29,209 nt of DNA. It comes from a virus. Lineage: Duplodnaviria; Heunggongvirae; Uroviricota; Caudoviricetes. A program made the translations under genes and the position numbers. The stretch covers positions 1-29,209 of the IMG/VR virus record IMGVR_UViG_2695420456_000023. One strand, given 5' to 3'. Under the pieces are notes generated by a model, which worked only from the letters and a program-made list of their open reading frames with translations, had not been told where the DNA came from and did no database searches. This document shows positions 28,273-29,209 of the stretch, piece after piece; position 1 is the stretch's first letter, and every line of letters starts with the position of its first letter.

Positions 28273-28373
28273 CATGCACCTGCATGCTCTACGCAAAAGC
28301 CCGCCAGTTCTGGTGGGCCTTAGCAATAACGATCCTCAAACGATCATGCAATCTCATGCAGTATAGGCATGCA
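28273..28373. promoter_or_regulatory. cluster of CATGCA/TGCATG hexamers (possible operator array) in the divergent cargo intergenic region
   Basis: Palindrome CATGCAccTGCATG at 28273-28286 plus CATGCA at 28345, 28355 and 28368; five hexamer copies within about 100 bp. Confidence 0.4.
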
Positions 28374-28519
28374 CAACAACTTACCTTAAGAAAAAACATC
28401 TGATATGCCCAACTGTTTCGTCTCTTTTCCAGTAGCTTGCTATGGCTTATCTTTAATGCAACTGTAATCGTGTATGAAGATACAATCCCTACCAATCATA
28501 AAAATGAGGAACACAAAGA

Positions 28520-29209
28520 ATGACTGTGCACAAGCTCTCTGGTGCGTTTTTCCACGATATGCAGGTTGAGTGGCCCTGCCCTAACTGCAATCAGAAAACC
28601 CTACAGATCATTAAAGAAAGTTTCGTCTCGTATGACACACATGATACCCGAAAATTCCGCAGTGAAGATTGGTTTGAACTAGAAATGGATTCATCTATTT
28701 TCAGTTGCATGGCCCGCTGTTCAAGAATGCAATGTGGTGAAGTTGTGGCCTGTACTGGTAAGAGTGGATGGGAACAAGGTTGGGATGAAGAAAGAAATGA
28801 TATTGAGTACTATCAATGGCACAGACCTTTCACCTTTTACCCATCACTGCATCCTTTCGAAATACCTGAAAAATGCCCAGAAGAAATTACCGAACCGCTT
28901 GAAGCCTCATTTTCCATTTTCCTAATACAGCCTGGCGCAGCAGCAAACCTAATTCGAATTTCAGTTGAAAGAATGCTAACCGCTATGGATGTAGCTGAAC
29001 GTAATGATAATGGCAAACGCATAACTCTACACCACCGTTTAGGGATGCTACCTGAATTATACGGATCGTTTTCAAGACCTCTTATGGCAATTAAATTTTT
29101 AGGAAATGCCGGAAGCCATACCTACGATGAAGTAAAAGTCAAAGACATTGAGGATGCTTTTGTGAGGTGTACTGACAATAGCGGACACTACCATTTGTTC
29201 TTTTTTTAA
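28520..29209 (+). CDS. hypothetical Cys-rich protein, truncated by the window end (candidate defence gene)
   Basis: Good RBS (gagga) 9 nt upstream of the ATG; N-terminal CPNC and CMARCSRMQCGEVVAC cysteine clusters; C-terminal RITLHH and FLGNAGSH motifs; no stop codon before the end of the window. Confidence 0.7.
   Translation: MTVHKLSGAFFHDMQVEWPCPNCNQKTLQIIKESFVSYDTHDTRKFRSEDWFELEMDSSIFSCMARCSRMQCGEVVACTGKSGWEQGWDEERNDIEYYQWHRPFTFYPSLHPFEIPEKCPEEITEPLEASFSIFLIQPGAAANLIRISVERMLTAMDVAERNDNGKRITLHHRLGMLPELYGSFSRPLMAIKFLGNAGSHTYDEVKVKDIEDAFVRCTDNSGHYHLFFF

Larger units (their letters stand above)
2777..29209. mobile_element. P2-like prophage, left junction to beyond window end (integrase end not in window)
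   Basis: Contiguous P2 gene order ogr-D-U-T-E-FII-FI ... H-I-J-W-V ... S-R-lysis-X-L-M-N-O / P-Q-cos. The left boundary is approximate (somewhere in 2621-2855); the right boundary lies outside the window. Confidence 0.9.

Noticed and set aside
28157-28495. Two short overlapping ORFs (69 aa plus strand, 68 aa minus strand) in the cargo intergenic region
   Set aside because: They span the cos-like site and the CATGCA array, have no convincing ribosome-binding sites, and the region is better explained as regulatory and packaging DNA.
1-29209. CRISPR arrays, tRNA/rRNA genes, IS elements
   Set aside because: No regularly spaced direct repeats, no tRNA-like cloverleaf candidates and no transposase-like ORFs were apparent on reading the sequence; this cannot be fully excluded without tools.

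Overview
The window starts with a short stretch of E. coli-type chromosome (grxA, ybjM, ybjL) and then runs into a P2-like (Peduovirus-type) prophage that continues beyond the end of the window. Reading left to right the prophage carries ogr, the tail genes D-U-T-E/E'-FII-FI, a Gin/Pin-family invertase with an invertible tail-fibre segment, H-I-J-W-V, then S-R, the lysis cassette, head and packaging genes X-L-M-N-O, the divergent P-Q operon, and a cos-like site. All gene calls rest on my reading of the supplied translations, recalled similarity to P2 proteins and P2 gene order; no database search was run. Three AT-rich cargo genes interrupt the GC-rich phage backbone and are the main items of interest: (1) a KAP-family P-loop NTPase (the family of F-plasmid PifA) between S and V, which is not a P2 cargo position I know of; (2) a 422-aa P-loop ATPase between portal Q and the cos-like site; (3) a truncated Cys-rich ORF on the far side of cos, in the classical old/tin cargo position. 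Other sequence-visible features are the E/E' -1 frameshift site, 15-bp inverted repeats bounding the invertible segment, two late-promoter-like TGT-N12-ACA dyads, and a cluster of CATGCA hexamers in the cargo intergenic region.
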